Shown in pieces: positions 46,277 through 57,394 of a stretch of 64,000 nucleotides of DNA. The notes beneath the pieces were generated by a model. That model was not told the DNA's origin. It saw nothing but the letters and a program-made list of their open reading frames with translations, and made no database searches. The position numbers and the translations under genes are program-made. Origin of the DNA: Eubacteriales bacterium. GTDB taxonomy: Bacteria; Bacillota; Clostridia; Oscillospirales; CAG-272. The stretch's first letter is position 1; each line of letters opens with the position of its first letter. Location: the NCBI GenBank assembly GCA_045631745.1, contig JAZQVI010000068.1, positions 852 to 64,851 of the forward strand. Direction: 5' to 3'.

Positions 46277-48169
46277 ATGTCAGATTCATACAATCCATGT
46301 AAAACCTCTGTTGCCGTCATCGGAGCGGGACACGCGGGAATCGAAGCCGCGCTGGCATCCGCCCGTATGGGGGTGGACACCGTTTTGTTCACCATGTCCC
46401 TCGATTCTATCGCCAACCTCCCCTGCAACCCCTCTATCGGCGGAACTGCAAAAGGGCACCTGGTCTATGAAATCGACGCACTGGGCGGTGAAATGGGACG
46501 TGTTGCAGACCTTGTAACCCTGCAATCGCGTACTCTGAATCTCGGAAAAGGCGCAGCCGTGCAAAGCAAACGAATCCAGGCGGATCGCAAAAAATATCAA
46601 TCCATCATGAAAAGCGTGTTGGAAAAGACCGAAAACCTGCGCCTGATCCAAGCGGAAATCATCTCTCTCAACACCATCCCTGTTGATGAATCTACAAAAA
46701 AAGTCTGCTCCGTCACCACAAAGCTCGGCGAGGAATGGATCTGCGACTGCGTCATTGTTGCAACCGGAACCTATCTTGAAAGCGCAATTTTTGTCGGAAA
46801 CACAAGCTATGAAGCCGGACCGGACGGGCTTCTCCCTGCAAAGGGACTAAGCGCATCTCTTTCCGAGGCAGGCGTGAAGCTTTTGCGATTCAAAACCGGA
46901 ACGCCCGCAAGGGTAAAGCGCTCCACGATCGATTTCTCCAAGCTGGAAGAGCAACCCGGAGAATCCCCTATCGTTCCTTATAGCGTTCTCACAGACTGGC
47001 AATATATGGAAGATATAAATCAGATTTCTTGCCATATTGTTTATACAAATGCAGAAACACACCGCATTATTCGCGACAACATCACGCGAAGCGCGATGTA
47101 CTCCGGAAAAATCCACGGTACAGGTCCGCGCTACTGTCCCTCCATCGAGGACAAGCTTGTACGATTCGCTGACAAGGAGCGCCATCAGCTTTTCGTCGAG
47201 CCCATGGGGGAGGACACCGAGGAAATGTACATTCAAGGCTTTTCTACCTCCCTTCCCCTTGACGTGCAGAGAAAAATGCTGGCATCCTTGGACGGATTTG
47301 CAAATGCAGAAATTATGCGCTACGCGTACGCCATCGAGTACGACTGCGCCGATCCCACGCAAATGAATGCAACGCTGGAGTTCAAAAACATTTCCGGACT
47401 GTTTGGAGCCGGGCAGTTCAATGGCACCTCGGGATACGAGGAGGCAGCCGGCCAGGGACTTGTCGCAGGAATCAACGCAGCACGAAGGATTCAAGGCAAA
47501 TCCCCCATTACACTCGCGCGCTCCTCGGGTTACATCGGAACGCTAATCGACGATCTTGTTACCAAGGGCACAAATGAGCCTTACCGCATGATGACCTCCC
47601 GTTCGGAGTACCGCTTGCTGCTCCGACAGGACAACACCGATCTTCGTCTCACTCCCATCGGATATGAAGTCGGTTTGATTGATGAGGCGCGCTATCAGCA
47701 GTTTTTGGCAAAAAAAGAGCGCCAGGAGGAAGAAAAAGCGCGTTTGGAGGCCACCGTTCTCTCTCCCAAGCAAGCAAACGACTTTTTGAGAGCAAAAGGA
47801 GAGACCGAACTCAAGTCAGGCGCAACCCTGGCAGATCTCCTCAGACGCCCCGGTATTACCTATAAGGAATTAGAAGTGTTGGATCCAAAACGCCCGCTTC
47901 TGCCTTTAAACGAGCAAATGACGGTGGAATACGACATCAAATACGCCGGATATGCCGCAAGACAACTTGCGGACGTCGCGAGACAGGAAAAGCTCGAGGA
48001 AAAAAGATTGCCTGATAACCTTGATTATCCTTCCATTCGAGGGCTTCGCATTGAGGCGGCGCAAAAGCTGTCCAAGATCCGTCCTCTCACCCTGGCACAG
48101 GCATCCAGGATCAGCGGCGTGAACCCCGCTGACATTTCAGTCCTCATGATTTATTTGAAAATCCGATGA
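46277..48169 (+). CDS. mnmG: tRNA uridine-5-carboxymethylaminomethyl modification enzyme MnmG (GidA)
   Basis: 630 aa. FAD motif [27 protein letters not shown]. Confidence 0.93.
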   Translation: MSDSYNPCKTSVAVIGAGHAGIEAALASARMGVDTVLFTMSLDSIANLPCNPSIGGTAKGHLVYEIDALGGEMGRVADLVTLQSRTLNLGKGAAVQSKRIQADRKKYQSIMKSVLEKTENLRLIQAEIISLNTIPVDESTKKVCSVTTKLGEEWICDCVIVATGTYLESAIFVGNTSYEAGPDGLLPAKGLSASLSEAGVKLLRFKTGTPARVKRSTIDFSKLEEQPGESPIVPYSVLTDWQYMEDINQISCHIVYTNAETHRIIRDNITRSAMYSGKIHGTGPRYCPSIEDKLVRFADKERHQLFVEPMGEDTEEMYIQGFSTSLPLDVQRKMLASLDGFANAEIMRYAYAIEYDCADPTQMNATLEFKNISGLFGAGQFNGTSGYEEAAGQGLVAGINAARRIQGKSPITLARSSGYIGTLIDDLVTKGTNEPYRMMTSRSEYRLLLRQDNTDLRLTPIGYEVGLIDEARYQQFLAKKERQEEEKARLEATVLSPKQANDFLRAKGETELKSGATLADLLRRPGITYKELEVLDPKRPLLPLNEQMTVEYDIKYAGYAARQLADVARQEKLEEKRLPDNLDYPSIRGLRIEAAQKLSKIRPLTLAQASRISGVNPADISVLMIYLKIR

Positions 48170-48191
48170 ATTAACATAGAAAGGACCCAAA

Positions 48192-48926
48192 ATGTTGAAC
48201 TTTGACGCCTTTTCTGCAGAATTTTGCAGAATATTCAAGGAAAACGGCTTGGAACAATTCTGCGAAGAACAAACCATCCGAACATTCTATGACTTTACAA
48301 CCCTTCTAACAGAAGAAAACAGCCATACAAATCTCACTGCAATTCGGGAGATACCCGATATGATCGCAAAGCATTTTGCCGATTGTTTACTCCCTGAAGC
48401 ATATTTTCCTCAAAACGCGTCCGTGCTTGATGTTGGTTGCGGTGGCGGTTTCCCCACAATCCCCCTTGCGATTGCAAGACCCGATCTGAAGATTACCGCA
48501 GTCGACAGCACACAGAAAAAGATCAATTTCGTCCAAAAAGCCGCCAAGATGCTGAATTTGACCAATGTTACAGCAATTTGTGCACGCGCAGAGGCTCCCG
48601 AATTGAGAAAATTCCGTGAATCCTTTGACATTGTTACCAGCCGTGCAATGGCAAGAATGCCCGTTTTGATTGAACTAACGCTCCCGTTTGTGAAGATCGG
48701 AGGCGGCGTAGTTGCGCTAAAAGGGGCACAAGGAGCAGCCGAACTTGCAGAATCTATGCGCGCCATCCCTGTTTTAGGCGGAAGCTCCTCTCCCGTTTGC
48801 AACAATCTGTCTCTAAGAACCCCAACAGACGACGAGTCAAGAACCATCCTGCTTGTTGAAAAAACCAAGCCAACTCCCCCGGAATATCCGCGCAATTACT
48901 CCGTCATCTGCAAAAAGCCGCTTTGA
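48192..48926 (+). CDS. rsmG: 16S rRNA (guanine527-N7)-methyltransferase RsmG (GidB)
   Basis: 244 aa. SAM motif VLDVGCGGGFP. Position after mnmG. Confidence 0.9.
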   Translation: MLNFDAFSAEFCRIFKENGLEQFCEEQTIRTFYDFTTLLTEENSHTNLTAIREIPDMIAKHFADCLLPEAYFPQNASVLDVGCGGGFPTIPLAIARPDLKITAVDSTQKKINFVQKAAKMLNLTNVTAICARAEAPELRKFRESFDIVTSRAMARMPVLIELTLPFVKIGGGVVALKGAQGAAELAESMRAIPVLGGSSSPVCNNLSLRTPTDDESRTILLVEKTKPTPPEYPRNYSVICKKPL

Positions 48927-48927
48927 T

Positions 48928-48943
48928 TGTTTCACGTGAAACA
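48928..48943. promoter_or_regulatory. parS site 1 (ParB/Spo0J binding)
   Basis: TGTTTCACGTGAAACA, a perfect 16-bp palindrome matching the Firmicutes parS consensus TGTTNCACGTGAAACA. Confidence 0.85.
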
Positions 48944-48957
48944 CAAATCCCGTTAGC

Positions 48958-48997
48958 AACCCTGTTTGATTTCGATGCAAATCAAACAGGGTTCTTT
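48958..48997 (+). terminator. Terminator after rsmG, located between the two parS sites
   Basis: aaccctgtttgat / atcaaacagggtt 13-bp stem followed by cttttg. Confidence 0.7.
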
Positions 48998-49013
48998 TGT
49001 TTCACGTGAAACA
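48998..49013. promoter_or_regulatory. parS site 2
   Basis: Identical TGTTTCACGTGAAACA. Confidence 0.85.
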
Positions 49014-49126
49014 CAAAGTTATTTGACAAAAAATCGGAGCAACCTCTTGCATTTGTTCTGCAAGCATGATATAATATTGTTTGAAAGAAGGCGCGGATGC
49101 GCCCAAGACCACAGAAAGGAATCTTT

Positions 49127-49888
49127 ATGGGAAAGATTATTTCATTTGCAAACCAAAAAGGCGGCGTTGGAAAGACCACTTCCGCAGTTAATATTGCAGC
49201 CTCTTTGGGTGTTTTAGGCTACAAAGTGTTGCTAATCGACCTCGATCCGCAGGGAAATGCAACCAGCGGCGTCGGAATTATGAAGAAAAACCTCAAGGCA
49301 ACCGCCTACGAGATGCTGACAACCGACATCTCCCCGCGAGAGGTTGTGATCTCCACAAATTACGACAATTTGTCCATTATCCCCACGCATACGACGCTTG
49401 CACGCGCCGAATATGAGCTGGGAGACATGGAGAACGGCGAATATGTCATGAGCAAGAAACTGGATGCAATCCGAGATGACTACGATTACATCATCGTCGA
49501 CTGCCCTCCCTCTTTGGGAATGTTGACTGTCAACGCAATGACCGCAAGCGACGGCGTTGTGATCCCTATGCAGTGTGAATTTTTCGCATTGGAAGGACTT
49601 TCTCAGCTGATGTTCACAATCAGCCGTATCAAACAGCACTATAACAAGGATCTGAAGGTGACCGGAATCCTGATTACCATGCACAACAGCCGCCTGTTGC
49701 TCTCCCTGCAGGTCATCAACGAGCTCAGAAAGCACTACGATGATCGCTTGTTTGAGACGACAATCTCCAGAAACGTCAAGGTTTCGGAGGCCCCCGGCTT
49801 TGGAGCGCCTGTTTATTACCACGAAAAGCGCTCCAAGGGCGCAATCGAGTATATGAACGTTGCAAAAGAGCTGGCAGAACGCATCTGA
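49127..49888 (+). CDS. parA: Chromosome partitioning ATPase ParA/Soj
   Basis: Part of ORF 49097..49888; start ATG 49127. Deviant Walker A NQKGGVGKTT. Confidence 0.92.
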   Translation: MGKIISFANQKGGVGKTTSAVNIAASLGVLGYKVLLIDLDPQGNATSGVGIMKKNLKATAYEMLTTDISPREVVISTNYDNLSIIPTHTTLARAEYELGDMENGEYVMSKKLDAIRDDYDYIIVDCPPSLGMLTVNAMTASDGVVIPMQCEFFALEGLSQLMFTISRIKQHYNKDLKVTGILITMHNSRLLLSLQVINELRKHYDDRLFETTISRNVKVSEAPGFGAPVYYHEKRSKGAIEYMNVAKELAERI

Positions 49889-49915
49889 GGATGTATATAA
49901 AGAAAGGAAACAACT

Positions 49916-50812
49916 ATGGCAAAACCAAGAAGCGGACTGGGCAGAGACTTCTATTCCTTGTTGGATGACAACGTCCTGGCAAGCGACAGGACTAACGCAG
50001 CATCCTCCATTCGTCTCTCCGATATCGAGCCCAGAAGCAACCAGCCGAGAAAGGTATTTGAACGAGAACCTTTGGAGGCATTGGCCGATTCCATTGCAGA
50101 ATTTGGCGTTTTGCAGCCCATTGTCGTGCGCGAAAGTGCGCTTTTGAAGGGCACATATGAGATTTTGGCAGGAGAAAGACGTTGGAGAGCTGCAAAAATG
50201 GCAGGCCTCAACGAAATTCCCGCCGTAATTTTGGAAGGCGACGAACTCAAAGCCGCACAAATCGCAGTCATTGAGAACGTTCAGCGTGAGAATCTGAACC
50301 CCATCGAAGAAGCAATGGCGTACGAGTCGCTGATCGACCGCTTTCATCTGACGCAGGAGCAGGTTGCAAAGCAGACCGGCAAAAGCCGCGTGGCAATCGC
50401 AAATCTCCTTCGACTTTTGGACCTTCCGGACGATGTATTGTCCCTTGTAAAAGAGGGAAAACTCTCCGCAGGGCACGCAAGAGCACTGCTTGGACTGAAA
50501 AACGAAGATCAAATGATCGGGCTGGCGCAGAAGATCATTGAAAAGGAGCTTTCTGTGCGCGACGTCGAAAAAACCGTCCGTCTGTTCAACTACGTTCCCG
50601 AAGAATCACCGGTCGACGAATCAAACATTGAGATTCAAAAGAAAGCTCACATGAAGGACCTGGAGCACCGCGCAGTAACGCACCTCGGGCGCAAGGTTCG
50701 CATTTTAAAAACCGCAAAAAAGAAGGTCGTCGAGCTGGCATATGCGGATGACGATGACCTTGAAGCACTTTTGAAGGCGATTTGCGGCGCCGATTTCTTT
50801 ACCGAAGATTGA
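49916..50812 (+). CDS. parB: Chromosome partitioning protein ParB/Spo0J
   Basis: 298 aa. ParB box GERRWRAAKMAGL and HTH LTQEQVAKQTGKSRVAIAN. Confidence 0.92.
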   Translation: MAKPRSGLGRDFYSLLDDNVLASDRTNAASSIRLSDIEPRSNQPRKVFEREPLEALADSIAEFGVLQPIVVRESALLKGTYEILAGERRWRAAKMAGLNEIPAVILEGDELKAAQIAVIENVQRENLNPIEEAMAYESLIDRFHLTQEQVAKQTGKSRVAIANLLRLLDLPDDVLSLVKEGKLSAGHARALLGLKNEDQMIGLAQKIIEKELSVRDVEKTVRLFNYVPEESPVDESNIEIQKKAHMKDLEHRAVTHLGRKVRILKTAKKKVVELAYADDDDLEALLKAICGADFFTED

Positions 50813-50830
50813 ATAACAGGAGAAAAACCC

Positions 50831-52111
50831 ATGATTGACATTAAATATATCAAGGAAAAGCCCGACGAGGTGGTTGCACGCCTTGCAAAGAAGGGCAAGG
50901 ACGCCAAAGAAGACATCGAGAACATCCTTCGTCTCGATGCAGAGCGCAGAGCATTGATCGGCGAGACCGAAACGCTCAAGGCAGACCAAAACAAGACCAA
51001 CAAGCTGATCCCCCAATACAAAAAAGAAGGCAAGGACGTTGCACCTATTTTCGCCGAAATGAAGGCGATCGGCGCAAAGGTTAAGGAGAACGATGACAAG
51101 CTCAAGGAGATCGAGACTCAGCTTACTTCCTTCCTGCTCGGACTCCCCAATCTCCCCGATTTCGACCTCAAGGAAGGCGGAAAAGAGAACAACGAGCCCC
51201 TCCGTTACTTCGGAGAGCCCAGAAAGTTCGACTTCGAGCCCAAGAATCATGTGGATCTTTGCACCGATCTCGGCCTGATTGACTACAAGAGAGGCGCAAA
51301 GCTTTCCGGAAACGGATTTTGGATCTACTCCGGCCTTGGTGCGCGCTTGGAGTGGGCGATTCTGAACTACTTTATCGATTATCACCTTGGCAACAACTAT
51401 CAGCTGATGCTGGTTCCCCATATGCTGGGCTATGAGTGCGGCCTTACCGCAGGTCAGTTCCCGAAATTCCAGGACGAGGTGTACTGGCTTGAAGCAGCAG
51501 AAGACGAGCGTCGCCGCTTCATGCTCCCCACCGCTGAGACCGCTTTGGTATCCCTCCACAGAGACGAGATTCTGACCGAGGCAGATCTTCCCAAGAAGTA
51601 TATCAGCTACACCCCTTGCTTCCGTCGCGAGGCAGGCTCTTATCGTGCAGATGAGCGCGGAATGGTAAGAGGTCACCAATTCAACAAGGTGGAAATGGTT
51701 CAGTACACCCTCCCCGAGAAGAGCGACGAGGCTTTTGAGGAGCTGGTAGCGAACGCAGAAGGCCTGGTTCGCGGTCTTGGATTCCATTTCCGCACCGTAA
51801 AGCTTGCCGCAGAGGACTGCTCCGCATCCATGGCAAGAACCTACGATATCGAGATCAACATCCCCTCCATGAACGGCTATAAGGAGGTTTCCTCTGTTTC
51901 CAACGCACGCGACTATCAGGCCCGCCGCGGCATGATGAGAGTCAGACGCGCAAACGGAAAAACCGAGTTTGTTCACACGCTGAACGGATCCGGACTGGCA
52001 ACCAGCCGTATTTTCCCCGCGCTTGTTGAGCAGAATCAGAACGCCGACGGCAGCGTGACCGTCCCCGAGGTTCTTCGCAAATATATCGGTCTGGACGTCA
52101 TAAAAAAATAA
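50831..52111 (+). CDS. serS: Seryl-tRNA synthetase
   Basis: 426 aa. MIDIKYIKEKPDEV... Class II motifs (FRREAGS, HTLNGSGLA). Confidence 0.93.
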   Translation: MIDIKYIKEKPDEVVARLAKKGKDAKEDIENILRLDAERRALIGETETLKADQNKTNKLIPQYKKEGKDVAPIFAEMKAIGAKVKENDDKLKEIETQLTSFLLGLPNLPDFDLKEGGKENNEPLRYFGEPRKFDFEPKNHVDLCTDLGLIDYKRGAKLSGNGFWIYSGLGARLEWAILNYFIDYHLGNNYQLMLVPHMLGYECGLTAGQFPKFQDEVYWLEAAEDERRRFMLPTAETALVSLHRDEILTEADLPKKYISYTPCFRREAGSYRADERGMVRGHQFNKVEMVQYTLPEKSDEAFEELVANAEGLVRGLGFHFRTVKLAAEDCSASMARTYDIEINIPSMNGYKEVSSVSNARDYQARRGMMRVRRANGKTEFVHTLNGSGLATSRIFPALVEQNQNADGSVTVPEVLRKYIGLDVIKK

Positions 52112-52145
52112 TCCGTTGCATGATTGCTTTTGAAAGGAGAATTTT

Positions 52146-52772
52146 TTGGTGCTTTTTTCAAAGATCTATGCTTTATCCGGCGCAAATATTTGGGATAAGA
52201 CCGTAAATTGGTACCAAACCTCAACAATAAAAGAGCTGTTGACTTTTCTTGATACGCAGGTTTTTCACATCAATCCAACCACATATGACCACTTCTCACT
52301 GACAGAGAGGGCAGGAGACAACATCAGAAATGTTGTCCTTGGATTGGTGATCGGTATGATCCTTGCCTCAGCCGCCGCCTATTACACACGCGCGGTACAG
52401 GGCAAATTTGTACGCGAGCTACTGAAGCGGGAATGTCTCTCCCCCGAAACCGCCATTACACTTCGCGAATGCGGCTTCTTCTGCAACCCCACCATTCGAC
52501 GGGAGTTAAAGAACGGCGGCGCGCTCTCAAGAGTCGCAATGCTTGCAGAGCCGCCAGAAAACGCAGATACCCCCATTGATTTTCTGTCCGCGCGCTATTA
52601 TATCCCCGAGGAAACGAAATATCGAGCAGAGTTTCGCTTCCAAAGCAGGGGATTCAGCCCGTTTCACGTGATTCTGGTCGCCTTGATCAGCATTGCCGCC
52701 GGGGTTGCCGTCTTTCGCATCCTCCCCTCACTATTGGGGCTTGCAGACGGATTGCTTACATTGCTCGGCTAA
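52146..52772 (+). CDS. Hypothetical membrane protein (2 predicted TM segments)
   Basis: TTG/GTG start 6-9 nt after AGGAG (52135-52139). TM-like VVLGLVIGMILASAAAYY and VILVALISIAAGVAVFRILPSLLGL. I recognise no motif. Confidence 0.55.
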   Translation: MVLFSKIYALSGANIWDKTVNWYQTSTIKELLTFLDTQVFHINPTTYDHFSLTERAGDNIRNVVLGLVIGMILASAAAYYTRAVQGKFVRELLKRECLSPETAITLRECGFFCNPTIRRELKNGGALSRVAMLAEPPENADTPIDFLSARYYIPEETKYRAEFRFQSRGFSPFHVILVALISIAAGVAVFRILPSLLGLADGLLTLLG

Positions 52773-52779
52773 ATCTCTT

Positions 52780-52817
52780 CCGGGTGAAAACCACGCGTTT
52801 TCACCCGGTTCTTTTTT
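52780..52817 (+). terminator. Intrinsic terminator after the 2-TM protein gene
   Basis: ccgggtgaaaa / ttttcacccgg stem plus ttctttttt. Confidence 0.75.
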
Positions 52818-53003
52818 CGAAAATCAATCTGCATAGATTTGTAAATTTATTTTATTTTGCTTTTTTAGAACAATTCTTGTTCTGTTTTGTCGAAAAAACA
52901 AATATATTTTGGGTGCAAATAATAAAAACCCGATGCAAAAGGGATTTACTCCCAAAAAATCTATAAAAAAGCGACTTTTTAAGGAATAAAATTTAAAAAA
53001 CCC

Positions 53004-53032
53004 TTGACAAAAAGGGAATGTAATGGTAAGAT
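53004..53032 (+). promoter_or_regulatory. sigma-A type promoter of the 1410-aa protein gene
   Basis: TTGACA (53004-53009), 17-nt spacer, TGgTAAGAT (extended -10). An overlapping TATAAT lies at 53032-53037. Confidence 0.55.
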
Positions 53033-53161
53033 ATAATATGTATGGGTGTACTATACCCTTTTCCGGAAATTAGATCGATTTGACGCTGGTGAAATCTGCA
53101 CCGAAAACGTCGAAAAAGCTTCTTACGGAAAGCAAAATTCTAAACAAAGCGAGGTTTTGTT

Positions 53162-56100
53162 ATGAAAACATTCCACAAAGTACTTGCCATGATCCTGTCG
53201 CTGGTCATGCTGCTGTCGGTTGTCCCCGTAGCAGTATTTGCGGCAGAACCCACCGGCGACGTAAATCCCGAGACATCCGAGCAGGTGATTCTTGGAACCG
53301 GCGCAGATGGCACCATTACGCTGAAGCTGAATGCCGATGCTTTGGTTACAGCTCTGAAGGGCGAAAAATCCCTTGAGGCACTGGTTGCGCTGCTTAAGGA
53401 CGCGATCGATCGTTCCGAGCCGGATACCATCACCAAGGCAGATCTCCTCGAGCTGATTCCTGTAGACGGTATCTTCACCGCTCTGAAGGATAACACGGAC
53501 GACGAGACTTTTGCAAAGGTTATGAAGGAGATTCTTGCCGTTGTAAAGAGCGAGGATCTTACTGACTTTGCAACAAATCTTCCCGCAGGTGCGCTTGACG
53601 AGGAAGCGATTGTCACCTTTATCACCGATAAGCTTGTTTTCGACAATGAAGGATACCCGGAAAGCACCGCTCCGATCGAAAAGTACTTCCCCGAAGGGCT
53701 CTTTGATTCTACGGATCTTGAAGGTGAACTCATTGACTATGTCAAACTGGATGTCGTATTCGCAGAGATCGATGTCACCGAGGTTATAAACATCGATGTG
53801 CTTGGTGCAGGCGAGTATGTTGACCTGATCAAGCTCGTCGGCGTTCGCAATCTGATCAAGATTCTCGCAGACGACACAAAGGCGCTCGTGTCCAAGGCAC
53901 AGCTCATGGCTGTTGTTCAGGTTGTTGCATATGACCTCATCAACAACGTAGACTTCGTTGCCATCAATGGTTATGTTGTTGCAGAAGAGGATAATCTCGG
54001 AGCAGTTTCCTTCAACCTCGAGAATTCCGTAAGAGCGATTGCTTCTCTGATTCCTCGTCTGACCGAGTGGGCAGAGTGCGAGGACGGCAAGATCTTCTCC
54101 TTCAACCTCTGCTTTGATTACAGCAACGGAACCGACAGAGCACTCAGCAAGGACATCAACGTTGAGGTCGTTCTTGAGGGTGACTTGACCAACTTCCGCA
54201 AGCTGGCAAGCAAGCTCTCCGAGTACATCGCTGTATATAATAAAGGAAACGTTCTGTACGTAGACGTAACCCTGCCCGAGATCATTACCAGAGCATTTGC
54301 AAAATTCCTGGAGTCTGACAAGGGCGATTCCATCAAGGACGAGATCCTTGGTCTGGGCGACATCACCGGCGAAGAGCTGGTTGCAGCAATCCAAAACCTC
54401 AGCCTGGAGAAGATCATTGCTCTGGCAGAAAAGGTTGACGTTGAGGATCTTTACACCACCATTATGAACATCGCTCAGGTAGAGATGGTTCTGGAGAAGA
54501 TCCAGGAGACCCTCGGCCTGAACTACAGACTTGAGGATATTCAGGATCTGAACAACATCCTCGACGAGATCGCAGACGGTCTGCCTCGCTTTACCTTTGA
54601 GAAGGTTGTAAACGCAATCTCCGCAAGAATCAAGGTTGACATCATGAAGTATCTGGACAAGGGTACTGCTTTTGTTGACGACAAGGATCTGATCAGCAAG
54701 CTGGAGAAGATTCCTTACATCGGCGGTTACGTTGCAAAGTATGGCAGCGACATCGAGCTGAATGCAATTCTGAACCAATACAAGGATGCTGAACCCGTAG
54801 AAGCCGTTTCCGACTTCCTGGCTAAGCTGATTGGCAAGGATCTTCAGAAGTTCCTGCAGTCCAACACGGTCAACGAAATTTATGACCGCTTCGTAGAAGA
54901 GGCTGCTGAGCGCGCGCTGGCTCACAAGAACATCTTCGAGCGCGTAAAGGACTACGCTCTCGCAGCACTTAACCCTAACTACGTTGCAAACTCCGATTGG
55001 GGCAAGCTCGCACAGAAGATCATTCCCGACAAGTTCTACAATCTGCTTGACAACTCCATTGCAGATACATACAAGGGCAACGGCAAGTTTGAGGTTGGCG
55101 ACCACAGCATGGATATCAATCTTGGTGCTTGGTCCGATAAGGCACTCAACCTCCTGCTCAAGTATGTAAACGTTGGCGACGAGCTCAGAGGCTACATTGA
55201 GAATCTGCTGCCCACCTCCACCGTTAACTTTGGCTTTAACTTCTCCCTGACCCTCAGAGGTCTCTCCGGCGTTACCTTCCTTGGTGACGAGGGCAAGGAC
55301 GACATGGTTATGTTCCTTCCCAACGGTCTCAACCCCGCTGAGTATTACAACCTCTGCGTTCCCGGAAACGACGTTTCCTTCTGGGTTGACGAAACCGCAA
55401 ATCCTGTAACCGAAATTCACGGCGACGTGAAGCTGTCCGCAATCCGCGGATTCATCACCGGTACCGGCTACATCCTTACCATTAAGGACGGCCACTGGAC
55501 CATCACCGCCGACTCCGAGGAGTTCGACATTCTCATTAACCTCGCTCATGAGAACGCAAACCTGCTTGCAAGCGCAAACAGCTTGACCTTTGCAAACAAC
55601 AAGGGTCTGAAGATCACCATGGATCAGGAAACCCTGACCGCCCTGCTGGCATCGAAGCAGGTTCTGAAGGCTTCCTATTACTATAGCCTGAACAACGGCG
55701 AGATTTCCAGCGCAGCAGACGGTGCATACACCTACACGCCCGCTCGCGTTGAGAGCTTTGACGTTGTAGCAGGCGGCAACAAGGTAGAAGGCAACTTCAC
55801 CGTAACCGTTCCTTTTGCAGGTGCAACTCCCGAGGCAAACGGCGGAAGAACCAACGTATATCAGATCATTGATGGCAAGATGTCCGCCGAGGAATTCGAG
55901 ACTGACGTCAACCAGGGCAAGAACATTGTGTTCAAGACCACGCACTTCTCTGATTACATCGTTGTAAACGAGTATTTGTTCAAGACTGTCTTTAACAACA
56001 ATGAAGTAAGCGCAACCAAGGCAGACGGATATATTCCCGTTGGTGCAACCGTAAAGATTCGCCCTGTGCTTGAAAACAACTACGGCAAGAGACTCACCAG

Positions 56101-57394
56101 CGTTACCTACGAGGGCAAGGATGTGTTCAACACCTCCATCGTTATGCCCGCAAAGACCGTTACGATTGAGTGTACGGTTGATACGCCCGCAGGAAACGTT
56201 TACTACGATATTCTTGGTACGATCGTAAGTGTTAACGATCTGGACAAGGCAAACACCGCACTGAACAACTGGCTCAGCGATTCCAAGAACGCGGGTTACA
56301 AGCTTGCTAACGCAAACAACCGTTGGAAGGAAATTGCTACCACCAGCGAAAATGGTGACGTTTATATGTGTGCAAACCTGGTTGCAATCGAGGCAGATCC
56401 TACTCTGCCCCAGGCAACGGTTAAGTACAACGTCCTGAACGCAAACGGTGCAAAGATCGACGGTCCTATTGCTGCAGGAGCAACCTACAAATACACTGCT
56501 ACCGGCAAGGCCGCAATCGTCTACATCAACCTGAGCACCGGCAAGGCTATTGAGGCAGTAAATGGTGCAATCACCATGCCTGCATCCGACGTTATGGTTA
56601 TGGTAACCGAGATGGTAACCTACACCGTTAACGGTGATGAGTACACCGCTGTAAAGGATAGCATCGTAAGCCACAACGTAACGCTGAGCAAGACCGAAGC
56701 TCTGAAGGTAACTGCTAAGCCCAATGACTTCAAGCTTGCATCCTATGTAATCAACGCAGACGGATCCAAGACTCTGACCTACACCTTCACGGCAAAGGAC
56801 GGCGTTGCAATCACCTATGCAAAAGAAATCGTTTCTGTTGATAGCTACCAGTACGATGTCCATGAAGAGGCACCCGAGGAGAAGGGCAGCCTGCTGTGGC
56901 TGTGGATTCTGATCGCTCTGATCGTTCTGATCGGTCTGATCGCTCTGTTCTACAACCTCTACATCAACGAGAAGCTGAAGCCCAACTTCATGCTCCGCTT
57001 CATCACTTGGATCGTAAGCATGTTCTTCAATGCTTGTCTGGCAGTTTCCGCAGTCGTTCTTTGGATCGGCCAGGGAACCACCAAGAAGGGCGAGGTTGAC
57101 TACGAGGAGTTCGGAATGAACAACCCCGAGAACACTGAGAACACCGAGGAGACCGTTGAGGCTGTTTCCGAGGAAACCGTTGAGGAAACCACCGAAGAGG
57201 GCGACGACACAGTAGCCGCATTCGAGGAAGTATCCGAAGAAGAGGTTGCAGTAGACGAGGCTGTTGCTGAGGAGGTAGTTGCTGAAGAGGCAGCTATCGA
57301 AGAAGTAGTCGCTGAAGAAGTGGTTGTCGACGAGGCAGTGGCTGAAGAGGCAGTTGCAGAGGAAACCACCGAAACAACCAACGAACAGAACTAA
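53162..57394 (+). CDS. Very large secreted/membrane-anchored envelope protein: signal peptide, ~1180-aa ectodomain, two C-terminal TM segments, acidic E/A/V tail
   Basis: Signal peptide MKTFHKVLAMILSLVMLLSVVPVAVFAAEP. TM segments LLWLWILIALIVLIGLIALFYNLY and FITWIVSMFFNACLAVSAVVLWIG. Tail ...EEVAVDEAVAEEVVAEEAAIEEVVAEEVVVDEAVAEEAVAEE. I recognise no catalytic motif. Confidence 0.85.
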   Translation: MKTFHKVLAMILSLVMLLSVVPVAVFAAEPTGDVNPETSEQVILGTGADGTITLKLNADALVTALKGEKSLEALVALLKDAIDRSEPDTITKADLLELIPVDGIFTALKDNTDDETFAKVMKEILAVVKSEDLTDFATNLPAGALDEEAIVTFITDKLVFDNEGYPESTAPIEKYFPEGLFDSTDLEGELIDYVKLDVVFAEIDVTEVINIDVLGAGEYVDLIKLVGVRNLIKILADDTKALVSKAQLMAVVQVVAYDLINNVDFVAINGYVVAEEDNLGAVSFNLENSVRAIASLIPRLTEWAECEDGKIFSFNLCFDYSNGTDRALSKDINVEVVLEGDLTNFRKLASKLSEYIAVYNKGNVLYVDVTLPEIITRAFAKFLESDKGDSIKDEILGLGDITGEELVAAIQNLSLEKIIALAEKVDVEDLYTTIMNIAQVEMVLEKIQETLGLNYRLEDIQDLNNILDEIADGLPRFTFEKVVNAISARIKVDIMKYLDKGTAFVDDKDLISKLEKIPYIGGYVAKYGSDIELNAILNQYKDAEPVEAVSDFLAKLIGKDLQKFLQSNTVNEIYDRFVEEAAERALAHKNIFERVKDYALAALNPNYVANSDWGKLAQKIIPDKFYNLLDNSIADTYKGNGKFEVGDHSMDINLGAWSDKALNLLLKYVNVGDELRGYIENLLPTSTVNFGFNFSLTLRGLSGVTFLGDEGKDDMVMFLPNGLNPAEYYNLCVPGNDVSFWVDETANPVTEIHGDVKLSAIRGFITGTGYILTIKDGHWTITADSEEFDILINLAHENANLLASANSLTFANNKGLKITMDQETLTALLASKQVLKASYYYSLNNGEISSAADGAYTYTPARVESFDVVAGGNKVEGNFTVTVPFAGATPEANGGRTNVYQIIDGKMSAEEFETDVNQGKNIVFKTTHFSDYIVVNEYLFKTVFNNNEVSATKADGYIPVGATVKIRPVLENNYGKRLTSVTYEGKDVFNTSIVMPAKTVTIECTVDTPAGNVYYDILGTIVSVNDLDKANTALNNWLSDSKNAGYKLANANNRWKEIATTSENGDVYMCANLVAIEADPTLPQATVKYNVLNANGAKIDGPIAAGATYKYTATGKAAIVYINLSTGKAIEAVNGAITMPASDVMVMVTEMVTYTVNGDEYTAVKDSIVSHNVTLSKTEALKVTAKPNDFKLASYVINADGSKTLTYTFTAKDGVAITYAKEIVSVDSYQYDVHEEAPEEKGSLLWLWILIALIVLIGLIALFYNLYINEKLKPNFMLRFITWIVSMFFNACLAVSAVVLWIGQGTTKKGEVDYEEFGMNNPENTENTEETVEAVSEETVEETTEEGDDTVAAFEEVSEEEVAVDEAVAEEVVAEEAAIEEVVAEEVVVDEAVAEEAVAEETTETTNEQN

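Noticed and set aside
57100-57394. Acidic-tail coding regions (also 61380-61930 and 130-420) as tandem DNA repeats or a CRISPR-like array.
   Set aside because: These are imperfect, in-frame GAA/GAG/GTT/GCT-rich low-complexity coding sequences without a fixed repeat-spacer periodicity. They are explained by the E/A/V protein tails.
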